Shown here: positions 1 to 8,783 of the stretch, piece by piece
How positions within the stretch are numbered: the stretch's first letter is position 1
Layout: each line of letters starts with the position of its first letter
Virus record (IMG/VR): IMGVR_UViG_3300002092_000166
Span: 1-26,577 of that record
DNA: 26,577 nt
From: a virus
Lineage: Duplodnaviria > Caudoviricetes
Direction: 5' to 3' (one strand)
Program-made: the position numbers and the translations under genes
Notes under the pieces: generated by a model
Told to the model about the DNA's origin: nothing
The model's input: only the letters and a program-made list of their open reading frames with translations
The model's database searches: none

Positions 1-2548
1 TATTTAAAGCAGCTTGTTTTAATTTGAAAGAGTTGTTAATATCTGCCAGTTTACCCTTATTTAACAACTTAAACTTAGCTTCTTCACGTTTTACTTCTTC
101 ATTAATATCTTTTACTTTTGAAGCTAATAAATCAGCATCTACTTTCTTAGTTTCTTTTGCTTTTGTTTCTTCTAATTTTTCAAGTCCTTGTAAATATTTC
201 AATTGCGCTGCCGTTAAAAGTCCTGTCGTTTTAGACATTTCTTTTAACTTTTCATCAGATAAATTTTTGTCAATATTCAACTCTTCTCTTAAACCGAGTC
301 TATGAACTTCTAATGTTTTAGCAATACGTTTCTTTTCTTCATTTACTAATAAATCGGTTAATTGCGCACCATCCTCTATTAATGTTTTGTTGGTTAAATC
401 ATAAACTTCAATCTCAAATTTTGAACCATCTAAACGTACCTTTTCAAGTGCTTTGTTTTTCTCAGTTTCAATTTTTACAAGTTCCTGATTAAATCCGTTT
501 CTTATAATTATTTCGTCCTGACTACCTTTTTTAACGCCTATTAAATTTTTGCTTAGTTCGGCACTTGCGATAGACTGTTTCATCACAGAAATAGCCTGAA
601 TGTGAGCTATATTCTCATTTTGTAGTTTAGTTGTCTGGTCATAGGTTGCTATTTCATTATCAAGAGTAATTTTCATTGTCTTGATTCCTTCCTCGGCTGT
701 TTTTTTCTGACTGTCTAATTGTTTTTTCGCCAACTCTTCACTTTTTTTAGTAGTATCTTCTTTTTTCTTTTGTGATTTTTCGTCTAATGAGTCAATCATA
801 TTTGTAGATTTTTCCCTAACGGCTATACCCTCTGCATCAACATCGGCTTTCTTAGTCATTATTTCTCTAAACGTGTCTAATTCTGCAGAGGAAATTTGCC
901 CTTTTTTCTTTAAACTATCCAATGCGGCTTGGTCTCCTTTTCTTAATAAAGCGATTTCGGCATCGGTTATTTTACCCTCATTTTTAAGTTTTTCTAAATT
1001 TAAGTCCATTTCCTGTTGCCACATTCCTAGCTTTTTATTATGCATCGTTTCCTCTAGTTCTTGCGCTCTTTTTAATAATTTAATTCTATCCTCTTCGCTA
1101 GTAGTTCTGTTTCTAGCTTGAAGCATTAAAGCTTTAATTTGATTTTCAACATTTTTACTTTCAATTGCATAATCTTTTTGAGAAGCCGTTAATTTTCTTG
1201 TTTGCTCATTTAGTTCAGCACCTTTTTTAGCGGTTTCCGCCATTTCACTACCCATCTTTTTAACGGTATCAATAGGATGTAACATAATATCCCCTAACTT
1301 ACTAAGTAGATCCCCAACGCTTTTAATGTTTACTACAAATTGCGTTATTTTATCCGATAACATTTCAACAACCGCTCCAACTCCTGCTAAACCATCTTTT
1401 AAAAAATTCATTAAAGGTCTAAAGTTTGAAAGTCCTTCCGCTAATAATGCTACTGCAGCTATAATTAAACCAATACCTAAAGCAGCAAAGGCAACTCCTA
1501 AAACTGCGACTGCTCCCGTTGCTACTCCTGTTGCCCCAGCAAATAATAATTGAGCGCCTGCCCATAAGTTCGTAAATATAGTTCCACTTTTCGCAGTATT
1601 ATTAGCAACTTCTCCAGCTATATTTGATGCAGTTTGTGCCGTTGTTGTTTCGGCAATAGCGACTGAATTCCTTTTAAATCCAATCATTATACGGTCTAAT
1701 CCTTCCGACATTTTAGCGGAGTTTTGTTCTGCGGGTTTAAAGAAATTAACTAAAGTGGTTCCTGCATCAGACATTTTAGTTTTTAAACTACTAAAAACCC
1801 CACCGTTATTTTTCATTTCCCCTCCGAAATCCTTTGATGCTTCGGTAGCTTTTTTTAAGTAACTACCAAAACCAATAACCGTATTTCTAGCATCACTAAA
1901 GGCTCCCGACCAATTGCCACTAGCCATATTCCCTTTTAAACTTGAAATAGAGCCATTAATTATATCAAAATGACCTTTTAATTCACTAGAATAACTACCA
2001 ACTAATGCCCGATTATCTCCCGCTGTTTTAGAAATTTCCCGATAAGAATCATTTAATTTTTTTGATGTTTCTGCAGCTTTTATAAATTGAGTTTCAAGGT
2101 TTTTATATTCAGCCGTATTTTTTTTGCCTTCCAATGCCATTAATACCATTTGCGCCCCTAATTCCTTAGAAGCTCTTGTACTTTCTAAGATTTTAGCATT
2201 AAATTTCTCTAATGAAGTTCGGCTTTCGTCTTGACTTTTAGCATATTCTTTATTAGCTGCATTTTGTTTCTGAATCGCTAAAGTAACAACTGCTAATTGT
2301 TTTGCTTGTTCTGTTTCTGATTTTGTTAACCTTTCCTTAGCCTGTTCTAACTTATCGGTTTCCGCCTTTGCTGTTTTTGTTGTTTCTGTAAATGCTTTTA
2401 TACCATCGCCACCTACAGCCTTAACCGCTTTTTCGGCATTAATAGCCATGTCAAGCAACGATTTAGCGTTTGTTTGAACTGTTAAGTGTAATTTTTCAAA
2501 GTCTGCGATTGCTTCTTTTAATCCTGGTATGTTAAGTTCCTGAGCCAT
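1..2548 (-). CDS. Tail tape measure protein (partial, runs off left edge)
   Basis: Hand-translated; absent from the ORF track because there is no stop in the window. ATG at 2548 (MAQELNIPGLKEAIADFEKLH...) stays open to base 1 (~849 codons). Ala/Lys/Glu-rich helical sequence with a GDNRALVGSY motif and a hydrophobic segment (LFAGATGVATGAVAVLGVAFAALGIGLIIAAVALLA, ~1440-1550). Lies downstream of the tail genes. Confidence 0.9.
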   Translation of the reverse strand, partial: MAQELNIPGLKEAIADFEKLHLTVQTNAKSLLDMAINAEKAVKAVGGDGIKAFTETTKTAKAETDKLEQAKERLTKSETEQAKQLAVVTLAIQKQNAANKEYAKSQDESRTSLEKFNAKILESTRASKELGAQMVLMALEGKKNTAEYKNLETQFIKAAETSKKLNDSYREISKTAGDNRALVGSYSSELKGHFDIINGSISSLKGNMASGNWSGAFSDARNTVIGFGSYLKKATEASKDFGGEMKNNGGVFSSLKTKMSDAGTTLVNFFKPAEQNSAKMSEGLDRIMIGFKRNSVAIAETTTAQTASNIAGEVANNTAKSGTIFTNLWAGAQLLFAGATGVATGAVAVLGVAFAALGIGLIIAAVALLAEGLSNFRPLMNFLKDGLAGVGAVVEMLSDKITQFVVNIKSVGDLLSKLGDIMLHPIDTVKKMGSEMAETAKKGAELNEQTRKLTASQKDYAIESKNVENQIKALMLQARNRTTSEEDRIKLLKRAQELEETMHNKKLGMWQQEMDLNLEKLKNEGKITDAEIALLRKGDQAALDSLKKKGQISSAELDTFREIMTKKADVDAEGIAVREKSTNMIDSLDEKSQKKKEDTTKKSEELAKKQLDSQKKTAEEGIKTMKITLDNEIATYDQTTKLQNENIAHIQAISVMKQSIASAELSKNLIGVKKGSQDEIIIRNGFNQELVKIETEKNKALEKVRLDGSKFEIEVYDLTNKTLIEDGAQLTDLLVNEEKKRIAKTLEVHRLGLREELNIDKNLSDEKLKEMSKTTGLLTAAQLKYLQGLEKLEETKAKETKKVDADLLASKVKDINEEVKREEAKFKLLNKGKLADINNSFKLKQAALN

Positions 2549-3131
2549 TTTTTTCTGCTTTATTTTGTTCTTCAATTAGTTGCTTAATGGCTTCTAATTC
2601 AGAAACAGTTGTTTTGAAACGATTGATTTTGTAGCCGTATTTCATGATAATTGCTAGAGTTCTGTCAAATTCAGAGTTGTCTTGCTTATTGTCTTCTACG
2701 GGTAAACTATTTGAGATCCTTGAAATATCGTTTTTTATCATTCCAATGTGAGTGTTTAACTTAGCCTTATCGGTTTTGAATTGTTTCAATTCCTTATCTA
2801 TGTTAATCCCTTTGTCTTGGCATATTTTTAGAGCGTTCAAAACCTCTAACTTATAATTCATAAGTATTAGAGAAGATTTCTTTTTAAGTACGCTTGTAGC
2901 CTTTACATTCTTTGAAAGAGTAAAATATTCGTCTAAAATATTCAGCCATGCAATTTGCAATTCACTTTCTTTGATGTTATCCTCGCGATTGATTTTTAAG
3001 TAGTTCAAATCTCCGTTAGTAGCTATCTCATTGAAATTATGTATTGGGAGTACATTACATTTAAGATATAATTTCGGAGCTTTCTGTTTCCGTTGGATTT
3101 TCTGCTGTAACTTCTGAAATAATTTTAACAT
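2532..3131 (-). CDS. Putative tail assembly chaperone (pre-tape-measure protein)
   Basis: 199-aa helical ORF immediately upstream of, and overlapping by 17 nt, the tape measure start. Function inferred from position. Confidence 0.5.
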   Translation of the reverse strand: MLKLFQKLQQKIQRKQKAPKLYLKCNVLPIHNFNEIATNGDLNYLKINREDNIKESELQIAWLNILDEYFTLSKNVKATSVLKKKSSLILMNYKLEVLNALKICQDKGINIDKELKQFKTDKAKLNTHIGMIKNDISRISNSLPVEDNKQDNSEFDRTLAIIMKYGYKINRFKTTVSELEAIKQLIEEQNKAEKNGSGT

Positions 3132-3411
3132 CTTTTTTAGTTTTTTTGGTTTTTTTTACAACAATCGGCTCGCTAACTTCTATGTCTTCAACGTTTTTAA
3201 GTGTATAAATTACTTCCTTTCCATTTGATAGGAAATAACAACAAATACCTAATTCATCGGTTAAAGCACTTTCTTTACATACAAAAACATGCTTTCCATG
3301 TCCTGGTACTTCTTTTGCGTACACTACATAAGTTTCGCCTGTTTCTTCAGTTGATTTTTTAGCCTCAGCTAGTTTTTGTTTAAATCCGTCTGTATTTTTA
3401 CAATTGCACAT
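3061..3411 (-). CDS. Hypothetical tail-region protein (Cys-containing, low-complexity C-terminus)
   Basis: 116-aa ORF starting 2 nt after the upstream stop; MCNC...ICC motifs. Confidence 0.65.
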   Translation of the reverse strand: MCNCKNTDGFKQKLAEAKKSTEETGETYVVYAKEVPGHGKHVFVCKESALTDELGICCYFLSNGKEVIYTLKNVEDIEVSEPIVVKKTKKTKKDVKIISEVTAENPTETESSEIIS

Positions 3412-3413
3412 GA

Positions 3414-3857
3414 TTATTTTAGTTTTAAATTAGTATTCAAATTATCAATAGCTAAGTCTTGCGCTATTTGTATAAATTTATCTTTGTTTTTTTCTTGCAA
3501 TCCGAATATTGTCGGACCTATTTTTGCTAATAATTTTTGAGTATTTATTCCCGAACTATCAAACTGAAAAATTAAATCATTTGATTTTTCCATTGAGAAT
3601 AAATAAGATTTCCTTCTAAAGTCTCCAGTATCAAAAAGATTATATCTATCACCTTCTTTCTTTCTTCCTCCAGATAGTATTTCTGTATTTTTAGTATAAA
3701 ATCCTAATACTCTTCCGTCGGAATCTTCCCCTCTATCCCACTGCTCTATTTGCAATGCAATTACTTCATTACTATTGTCTAACTGCAATGCCAAATCATC
3801 AATAAACTTTTTTACTGAATAATTTTTAAGGTTTTCTGAAAATTCAAAAAAAGTCAT
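3414..3857 (-). CDS. Putative tail completion / neck protein
   Basis: 147 aa. G.D..G..L..Y...T...KK....LFDTGDF pattern resembles virion morphogenesis/tail-completion proteins; tail module context. Confidence 0.5.
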   Translation of the reverse strand: MTFFEFSENLKNYSVKKFIDDLALQLDNSNEVIALQIEQWDRGEDSDGRVLGFYTKNTEILSGGRKKEGDRYNLFDTGDFRRKSYLFSMEKSNDLIFQFDSSGINTQKLLAKIGPTIFGLQEKNKDKFIQIAQDLAIDNLNTNLKLK

Positions 3858-3873
3858 AAGATTGAGTTTTAAT

Positions 3874-3905
3874 AAAAAAGCCCCTCCCGAATGAGAGAGG
3901 CTTTT
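3874..3905 (-). terminator. Intrinsic terminator after the major tail protein gene
   Basis: Minus strand AAAAGCCTCTCTC-ATTC-GGGAGGGGC-TTTTTT: GC-rich stem with G.U pairs plus U tract. Confidence 0.85.
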
Positions 3906-3926
3906 CTAATATTGAATCAACAATTA

Positions 3927-4832
3927 TTAGTCAATTAAAGTAACTGCTAATGTGTTTGATTGATAAAACTGAACTGACTCAATGTCAACTACTGCAGTAT
4001 GATTTATTTCATCATAAAGTTTAATCAATACTGCAATTCCTGTTAAGCCAGTCGGCGTGTATGTTCCGTCTCCGTTGTCAACCCAACTAATCTCTTGGTT
4101 AACTCCTGCCGTATTGTAAACTTGAATTTGAGTATCTAATCCTAAGATAGGTGTAGAACCGTCGCAACCTCCAACAATTGACAATCTGAATAAAGCCACG
4201 TCTAATGAAGCTCCTTTAGCTATTTTAACATCTTGAACTCCGTTAACGTTATACCAGTCAATAACATCAGATAAAACAAAAGAGCGTCTTTCGTTGTATC
4301 CTTTTGAACCGTCTTTAGTCAATTGAAATGATACTTGTATCATTGCAACTTTAGATCCACCATCATTAGTACTTTCGTTGTCTACAACAAAAGACTGAAC
4401 TTCAAAACCGTTTAATTTTCCGCCTTTATTATCGAAAAACAATTTACCTTCTGAATCTAACAATAGCAATTGCCATCTTTTCTTTTGAAGTTTGTGTAAT
4501 GATTTTACGAAACACACATTTGCTTCAAATTCAGCCATGAATTTGTACAACCCGTTAGAAACAAATAACTCGGATTTGTTTGGTAGGGTTTGAATGTTTG
4601 TTTTTGCTCCTGCTTCTGTAACTTGTAAACAATCGTTTAACGGTATCAATTGACCCGCTTTAATTAACGTTGCTATTTTCGCATCATCAAGCGTATCAGT
4701 CGACAAATCAATATTAGCCGACGGGCTTAATAAAAACGGCTTTGTAAAGTCTTTTGGTGTAACTTTACATCCATCGTACCACGTTCCCGCTGTACCTGTT
4801 CCGCAATTTAAAATATCAGTGATAACTGCCAT
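3927..4832 (-). CDS. Major tail (tube) protein
   Basis: 301 aa, beta-rich, with an Ig-like C-terminal extension (DNGDGTYT). Followed by a terminator; sits between connector genes and tape measure. Confidence 0.7.
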   Translation of the reverse strand: MAVITDILNCGTGTAGTWYDGCKVTPKDFTKPFLLSPSANIDLSTDTLDDAKIATLIKAGQLIPLNDCLQVTEAGAKTNIQTLPNKSELFVSNGLYKFMAEFEANVCFVKSLHKLQKKRWQLLLLDSEGKLFFDNKGGKLNGFEVQSFVVDNESTNDGGSKVAMIQVSFQLTKDGSKGYNERRSFVLSDVIDWYNVNGVQDVKIAKGASLDVALFRLSIVGGCDGSTPILGLDTQIQVYNTAGVNQEISWVDNGDGTYTPTGLTGIAVLIKLYDEINHTAVVDIESVQFYQSNTLAVTLID

Positions 4833-4859
4833 ATTTTCTAATTTTTAATAATTAATAAT

Positions 4860-5432
4860 TTAATTTTTTGGTACACAATTTGAAATCAGGTGCATATCAC
4901 AATCGAAAGTAATTGCATCCCAAATGTCTATTACTGCGCTGTCTTTTTGATTATTAACTGAATAGTTAGGTTCCCATTCTTCATCTATATTTGATTGTCT
5001 ATCAACTATTATGAATTTTTTATAATAAGAATTTCTCATTAATTCTGTGAACTTATCTATCAATTGATTTAAGACAAATTTTGTTGTTTGTAATCTAATC
5101 TGTGGCGACCTTTCAGAAGTTGTGTTGATAGCAAATATTAATCTTGAGTTTTTATATGTATAAAAACTTTGAGGATTATTATTATAACTCTCTTTTATTG
5201 GGTACAGAAGCCAAACTAAAGGATATTTTTCTTTTGTTTGAATTAGCCATATATCCAATTCTTTTTTAGTTCCAAATCCAAACTTTATTTTAACTGGTGT
5301 TTGTCCTAAATATGGATTTCTAAACGTTTCCCCACTTCCAAAGTCGTCAAGAATGAACTCCCCTTGTGGTAAGGTGTATTTGTCTCCTATTTCATCAAAG
5401 ACTAATTTCAATGCTTTTTCTAGTGGTTGCAT
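4860..5432 (-). CDS. Putative tail terminator / head-tail joining protein
   Basis: 190 aa directly upstream of the major tail gene; KYPLVWL and DIWDAI motifs; TAATG coupling to the upstream gene. Confidence 0.5.
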   Translation of the reverse strand: MQPLEKALKLVFDEIGDKYTLPQGEFILDDFGSGETFRNPYLGQTPVKIKFGFGTKKELDIWLIQTKEKYPLVWLLYPIKESYNNNPQSFYTYKNSRLIFAINTTSERSPQIRLQTTKFVLNQLIDKFTELMRNSYYKKFIIVDRQSNIDEEWEPNYSVNNQKDSAVIDIWDAITFDCDMHLISNCVPKN

Positions 5433-6109
5433 TAGTATTTTTCTTTAAATCTTAAGTTACAATTAGGCTTCCATGTAGGATAGTCGGCTTTATTATCTTG
5501 TAAAAAACGATAAAGCGATGTTTCCCCTTGTTTCCCTATTACTGAAAAGATAAATTCGTTATACCTATCGACTCTTTTTGAAAAGTTAGAAACGGTTTGC
5601 GAGTTTTCACCGGACAATACTTGTTGTCCAGTTCCTACCGTTACGCTTCTATTGATAAGTAAATAATGGTAGTATATGTAATCAGCAATAAAACTTCTTT
5701 TGCTTGTAGTGATTGCGTTACCAATTAAAAAAGAATCTGTTTGTACTAATCCTTTCCAACTTCTTTGTGTACATGAGCTTTCGCCACATCCACAACCGCA
5801 ACCATTAAATAGCCAAACAAAATTGAAAGCGCTATTGTCATTTTCGGGAGCTGTATATTCATAACCATTTACCAATCGTTTAATCGGTTCAGTTGCGTCG
5901 TCTTTCAGCGTGTAGGCTGTTGCTCCCTCTAATAATTCAAAGCTATCAATCAGTTCTTTATATAAACAAGCTCCTAATACTTCCTGTAAACATTGTTTTT
6001 CGTAAAGCGCAATAAAACGAGCTAAGTCATTACTTACATTTCCATTTTCTGAAACGTTAGTAATCTTAATTGGCTCAAACTCGAAAAATAAAGGCTTTAC
6101 GAAATACAT
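5432..6109 (-). CDS. Putative head-tail adaptor (connector) protein
   Basis: 225 aa, two genes after the capsid gene; helical N-terminus (FIALYEKQCLQEVLGACLYKEL) typical of adaptor-type proteins. Confidence 0.55.
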   Translation of the reverse strand: MYFVKPLFFEFEPIKITNVSENGNVSNDLARFIALYEKQCLQEVLGACLYKELIDSFELLEGATAYTLKDDATEPIKRLVNGYEYTAPENDNSAFNFVWLFNGCGCGCGESSCTQRSWKGLVQTDSFLIGNAITTSKRSFIADYIYYHYLLINRSVTVGTGQQVLSGENSQTVSNFSKRVDRYNEFIFSVIGKQGETSLYRFLQDNKADYPTWKPNCNLRFKEKY

Positions 6110-6129
6110 TGTTTTAGTTTTTTAGGGAT

Positions 6130-6411
6130 TTAGTCTTCTGTAGATTCTTCTTCTACTTGAGCGTCTTTATCTTCTTTCACAACGCCATTGGCATTATAGA
6201 AATCATAAGCTACTCTTGAGATAGTTTGTTTCTGTCCTTTTTTAATATGCTTGAAATCTGCAGTAAATTCAACTGCAATATTTTTAGCGATATCTACTTC
6301 GTGGTCTTTTCCTGCTTTTTTTGCTTTAGCAGCATATCCTGAAAATACTTCATGCAATGTTGAAGGTTTTTTTTCTGTAGGTTTTTTTTCTGTAGCTGTT
6401 TGCTCTGCCAT
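6130..6411 (-). CDS. Small post-capsid protein (possible packaging chaperone or head accessory)
   Basis: 93 aa directly after the capsid gene with an A-rich leader. Function inferred from position only. Confidence 0.6.
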   Translation of the reverse strand: MAEQTATEKKPTEKKPSTLHEVFSGYAAKAKKAGKDHEVDIAKNIAVEFTADFKHIKKGQKQTISRVAYDFYNANGVVKEDKDAQVEEESTED

Positions 6412-6436
6412 GATCTTAATTTTTTATTGGTTATTT

Positions 6437-6466
6437 AATAACCGCCCGAATTAACGAGCGGTTTAT
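6437..6466 (-). terminator. Stem-loop after the capsid gene (weak terminator or mRNA stabiliser)
   Basis: Minus strand ACCGCTCG-TTAATT-CGGGCGGT. The G.U pair favours folding on the minus-strand RNA; only a short U tail (TTATT). Confidence 0.6.
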
Positions 6467-6475
6467 TTTTATTAA

Positions 6476-7792
6476 TTATACTGCTGTAATTAATGTTTTT
6501 ACGTTAGAGAAAGTATCAGCGATAATTCCTGTACGTGTAGCAGTTGGAAGATTAACTGCAAAGAATTTCTCAAGTCTATGAGATTTTAAGTTTTTCTTTC
6601 CATCGTCTCCCTCAAAATATTCGATATAATCTAAGTTATTATCGATAGCACATTTAACGGCAGTTCTTAAATCACCAACCATTACAGCATCATCTGCAAA
6701 CTCAACATCAGGCTCAATTTTTACTGATACATCCCCAAAATCAATTGAGTTTGTCAATAAATTAATACTTCCATTATTTGCCAACATATAATGGCCATCA
6801 GTAGAAGATTTCAATGTTTTAAGATTTTCCCAAGCAAAAACAGACATTTTGGCTACGTTTGGAGTATAACCTAACTTAATCAAAGAAGCTATTAATGCTA
6901 CTAAAGCATCATAGTTGTTTGGATTAGTGTGTACTGCTTGTGCAGGAACCGGTGTGAATGAAGTCGCTTGAGAGTTGATTTTTGCAATTACAGCTGCTGG
7001 AACTGATTTGTCAAATAACGCTTGTAACGTATTCATGAAAGAAGTTACGAACATTGGAAAAAACTTTCTCATTTGAGTTGTAGTTTTCCAAGTTGTTGCA
7101 ACTGGTTGAGCGGTTTCATTTACTGGCTCCCAAACAACATTTGAAACTGGTTTTGCAACACATTCCGCAGTTACAGCAATTGATGTTGTACGTGTTTCTG
7201 AGATTGAAACTAAACGATCTCCATCTAATGGCAACACATCACAATAATCTAAAATATTAGATTTTGCAACTGGTTTTTTTGCAATACCAGGAATCAATTG
7301 AGCAAAGAAGTTTCCAATTGTTCCAATTGCACCAGCAATACTATTATGCGTGTTTACAGCAATTGCAGTATCAGCAGTATCGGCAGTTTTAATTATTACT
7401 TTTTCAGAAATTGTTCCTTTGTTAGAGTCTTTGTGTAACTCCTCCAATTGAGCTTTCATGTTTTTAGCAACTTCCATTCCGTTACCTTCAGGGTTAACAT
7501 TAGCAGCTCTTTTTACTAATTCTTCGCCTTGTTTCTTAACAATTTCTTCCAAATCAGCATTGGCTTTAACTGCTTTTTCAACTGCTGCATTAGCAGTTTT
7601 CATTTTCTCGTCGAAATCCTTTTCGATTTCACCTTTAGCAGTTTTAACTGCTTCTTCAATAGATTTTGGCACTTCACTTTCGATGTGTCCTAAATATTCG
7701 TTTTGAATATCTGCTTGTTTTTCTACTTCTAATGCTTTGAAAGCATCTATAGAAAAGCCTTTTGATTTTAAAAATTTTTCAAATGGATTCAT
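6476..7792 (-). CDS. Major capsid protein (HK97-type with N-terminal coiled-coil delta domain)
   Basis: 438 aa with a charged coiled-coil N-terminal ~120 aa. Follows portal and protease; C-terminal VMVGD...GDDGKKNL...RLE pattern. Confidence 0.85.
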   Translation of the reverse strand: MNPFEKFLKSKGFSIDAFKALEVEKQADIQNEYLGHIESEVPKSIEEAVKTAKGEIEKDFDEKMKTANAAVEKAVKANADLEEIVKKQGEELVKRAANVNPEGNGMEVAKNMKAQLEELHKDSNKGTISEKVIIKTADTADTAIAVNTHNSIAGAIGTIGNFFAQLIPGIAKKPVAKSNILDYCDVLPLDGDRLVSISETRTTSIAVTAECVAKPVSNVVWEPVNETAQPVATTWKTTTQMRKFFPMFVTSFMNTLQALFDKSVPAAVIAKINSQATSFTPVPAQAVHTNPNNYDALVALIASLIKLGYTPNVAKMSVFAWENLKTLKSSTDGHYMLANNGSINLLTNSIDFGDVSVKIEPDVEFADDAVMVGDLRTAVKCAIDNNLDYIEYFEGDDGKKNLKSHRLEKFFAVNLPTATRTGIIADTFSNVKTLITAV

Positions 7793-7803
7793 CTGTTTTC
7801 TTT

Positions 7804-8667
7804 TTAGATTTTAATAAATAGATTTTGTTTTTTTGCACCAGTCGTGCTTTCTTCTTTTCGAGTGCCTTTAGGCGGCTCTGGTAATTCAAGTGAGTTATCG
7901 GCTTGATTTTTATTGTCTTCTGTAACTTCCAATGTTGGAGTTGCATAATTACTTCCTCTTACTACTGCGGAACCCTCAATTGCTTTAGCTTCAGTAACTG
8001 CATAAAACCAACCTCTTTGCTCTACAGCATCTTTATTAGCCACATAACTAATATATTTATCGTAGTTGTCTTTATACTGAGCATAACTTGCATCTGTGGA
8101 ATTCATGCAGAAGTATTCTTTTATAGACATCATTCTTACAGAGTGATTTCTAACTTTACCTTCTTTATACTTTTTGAACATAAATTCATTATCACATTCT
8201 TTTATTACAGCATCAAAAACTAAAGCTTCAGTACTACCTTCAAAGTCAAAACCTAGTTCTTTCCAAGTATAATTTTTAGTATATGCCTTAACTGAGTTTC
8301 CCTCAGCAATTATTCCTTCAAAAGTCAATTCATGTTCTTGGCATAAATACATGTACTTATTTTCTTGAAGCGTTTTTTTCCAAATGCCTGGAATATGAAC
8401 ATCACAATGAGAATCAAATAATCCAGTCGTGTTTATGACACAACGTATTTTTAAAACTCCATTATCTAAATCATTTGGATCATCATCTTCATTCTCTTTT
8501 GCTGTTACTTTTTCACCACGTTCATTGATGGCATAAGAAATACAACTTAAAGAATCAGTTTTTTTAGGCTCTGCTTTTCTTTGAGCTTTTAATGAAGCTT
8601 GATTTTCAACCAACCATTTGAACTCTTCTTCTTTGGTTGCAAAACTTTTTATTTTTAGCTTTCCCAT
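7804..8667 (-). CDS. Prohead (capsid maturation) protease
   Basis: 287 aa with DSHCDVHIPG, QEH (candidate catalytic His), NHSV (candidate catalytic Ser) and EGSAVVRGSNYATP motifs; between portal and capsid. Confidence 0.8.
   Translation of the reverse strand: MGKLKIKSFATKEEEFKWLVENQASLKAQRKAEPKKTDSLSCISYAINERGEKVTAKENEDDDPNDLDNGVLKIRCVINTTGLFDSHCDVHIPGIWKKTLQENKYMYLCQEHELTFEGIIAEGNSVKAYTKNYTWKELGFDFEGSTEALVFDAVIKECDNEFMFKKYKEGKVRNHSVRMMSIKEYFCMNSTDASYAQYKDNYDKYISYVANKDAVEQRGWFYAVTEAKAIEGSAVVRGSNYATPTLEVTEDNKNQADNSLELPEPPKGTRKEESTTGAKKQNLFIKI
7860..7906 (-). promoter_or_regulatory. Two tandem RNA hairpins with an identical CC/A internal loop at the 3' end of the protease gene
   Basis: TCAAG-CC-GA-TAAC-TC-A-CTTGA (7886-7906) and GAG-CC-GCC-TAAA-GGC-A-CTC (7860-7878). 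Confidence 0.5.
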
Positions 8668-8783
8668 TACTTTACTTTTTCTTGGTTTTTCATTCTTTTT
8701 TTTACATCTGATGCCAATTCTTTATCTCCTTTTTTTTTGGCTATCTCTTTTATTTTTTCGAGGTCTTTATTTCGTGATTCCAT
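8667..8783 (-). CDS. Small basic protein between portal and protease (38 aa)
   Basis: MESRNKDLEKIKEIAKKKGDKELASDVKKRMKNQEKVK*. Starts inside the portal 3' end and ends in a TAATG overlap with the protease start, filling the gap exactly. Confidence 0.7.
   Translation of the reverse strand: MESRNKDLEKIKEIAKKKGDKELASDVKKRMKNQEKVK

Noticed and set aside
6364-6395. 15-bp tandem repeat (TEKKP x2); also TADTADTA in the capsid gene
   Set aside because: Ordinary in-frame slippage duplications in low-complexity regions.
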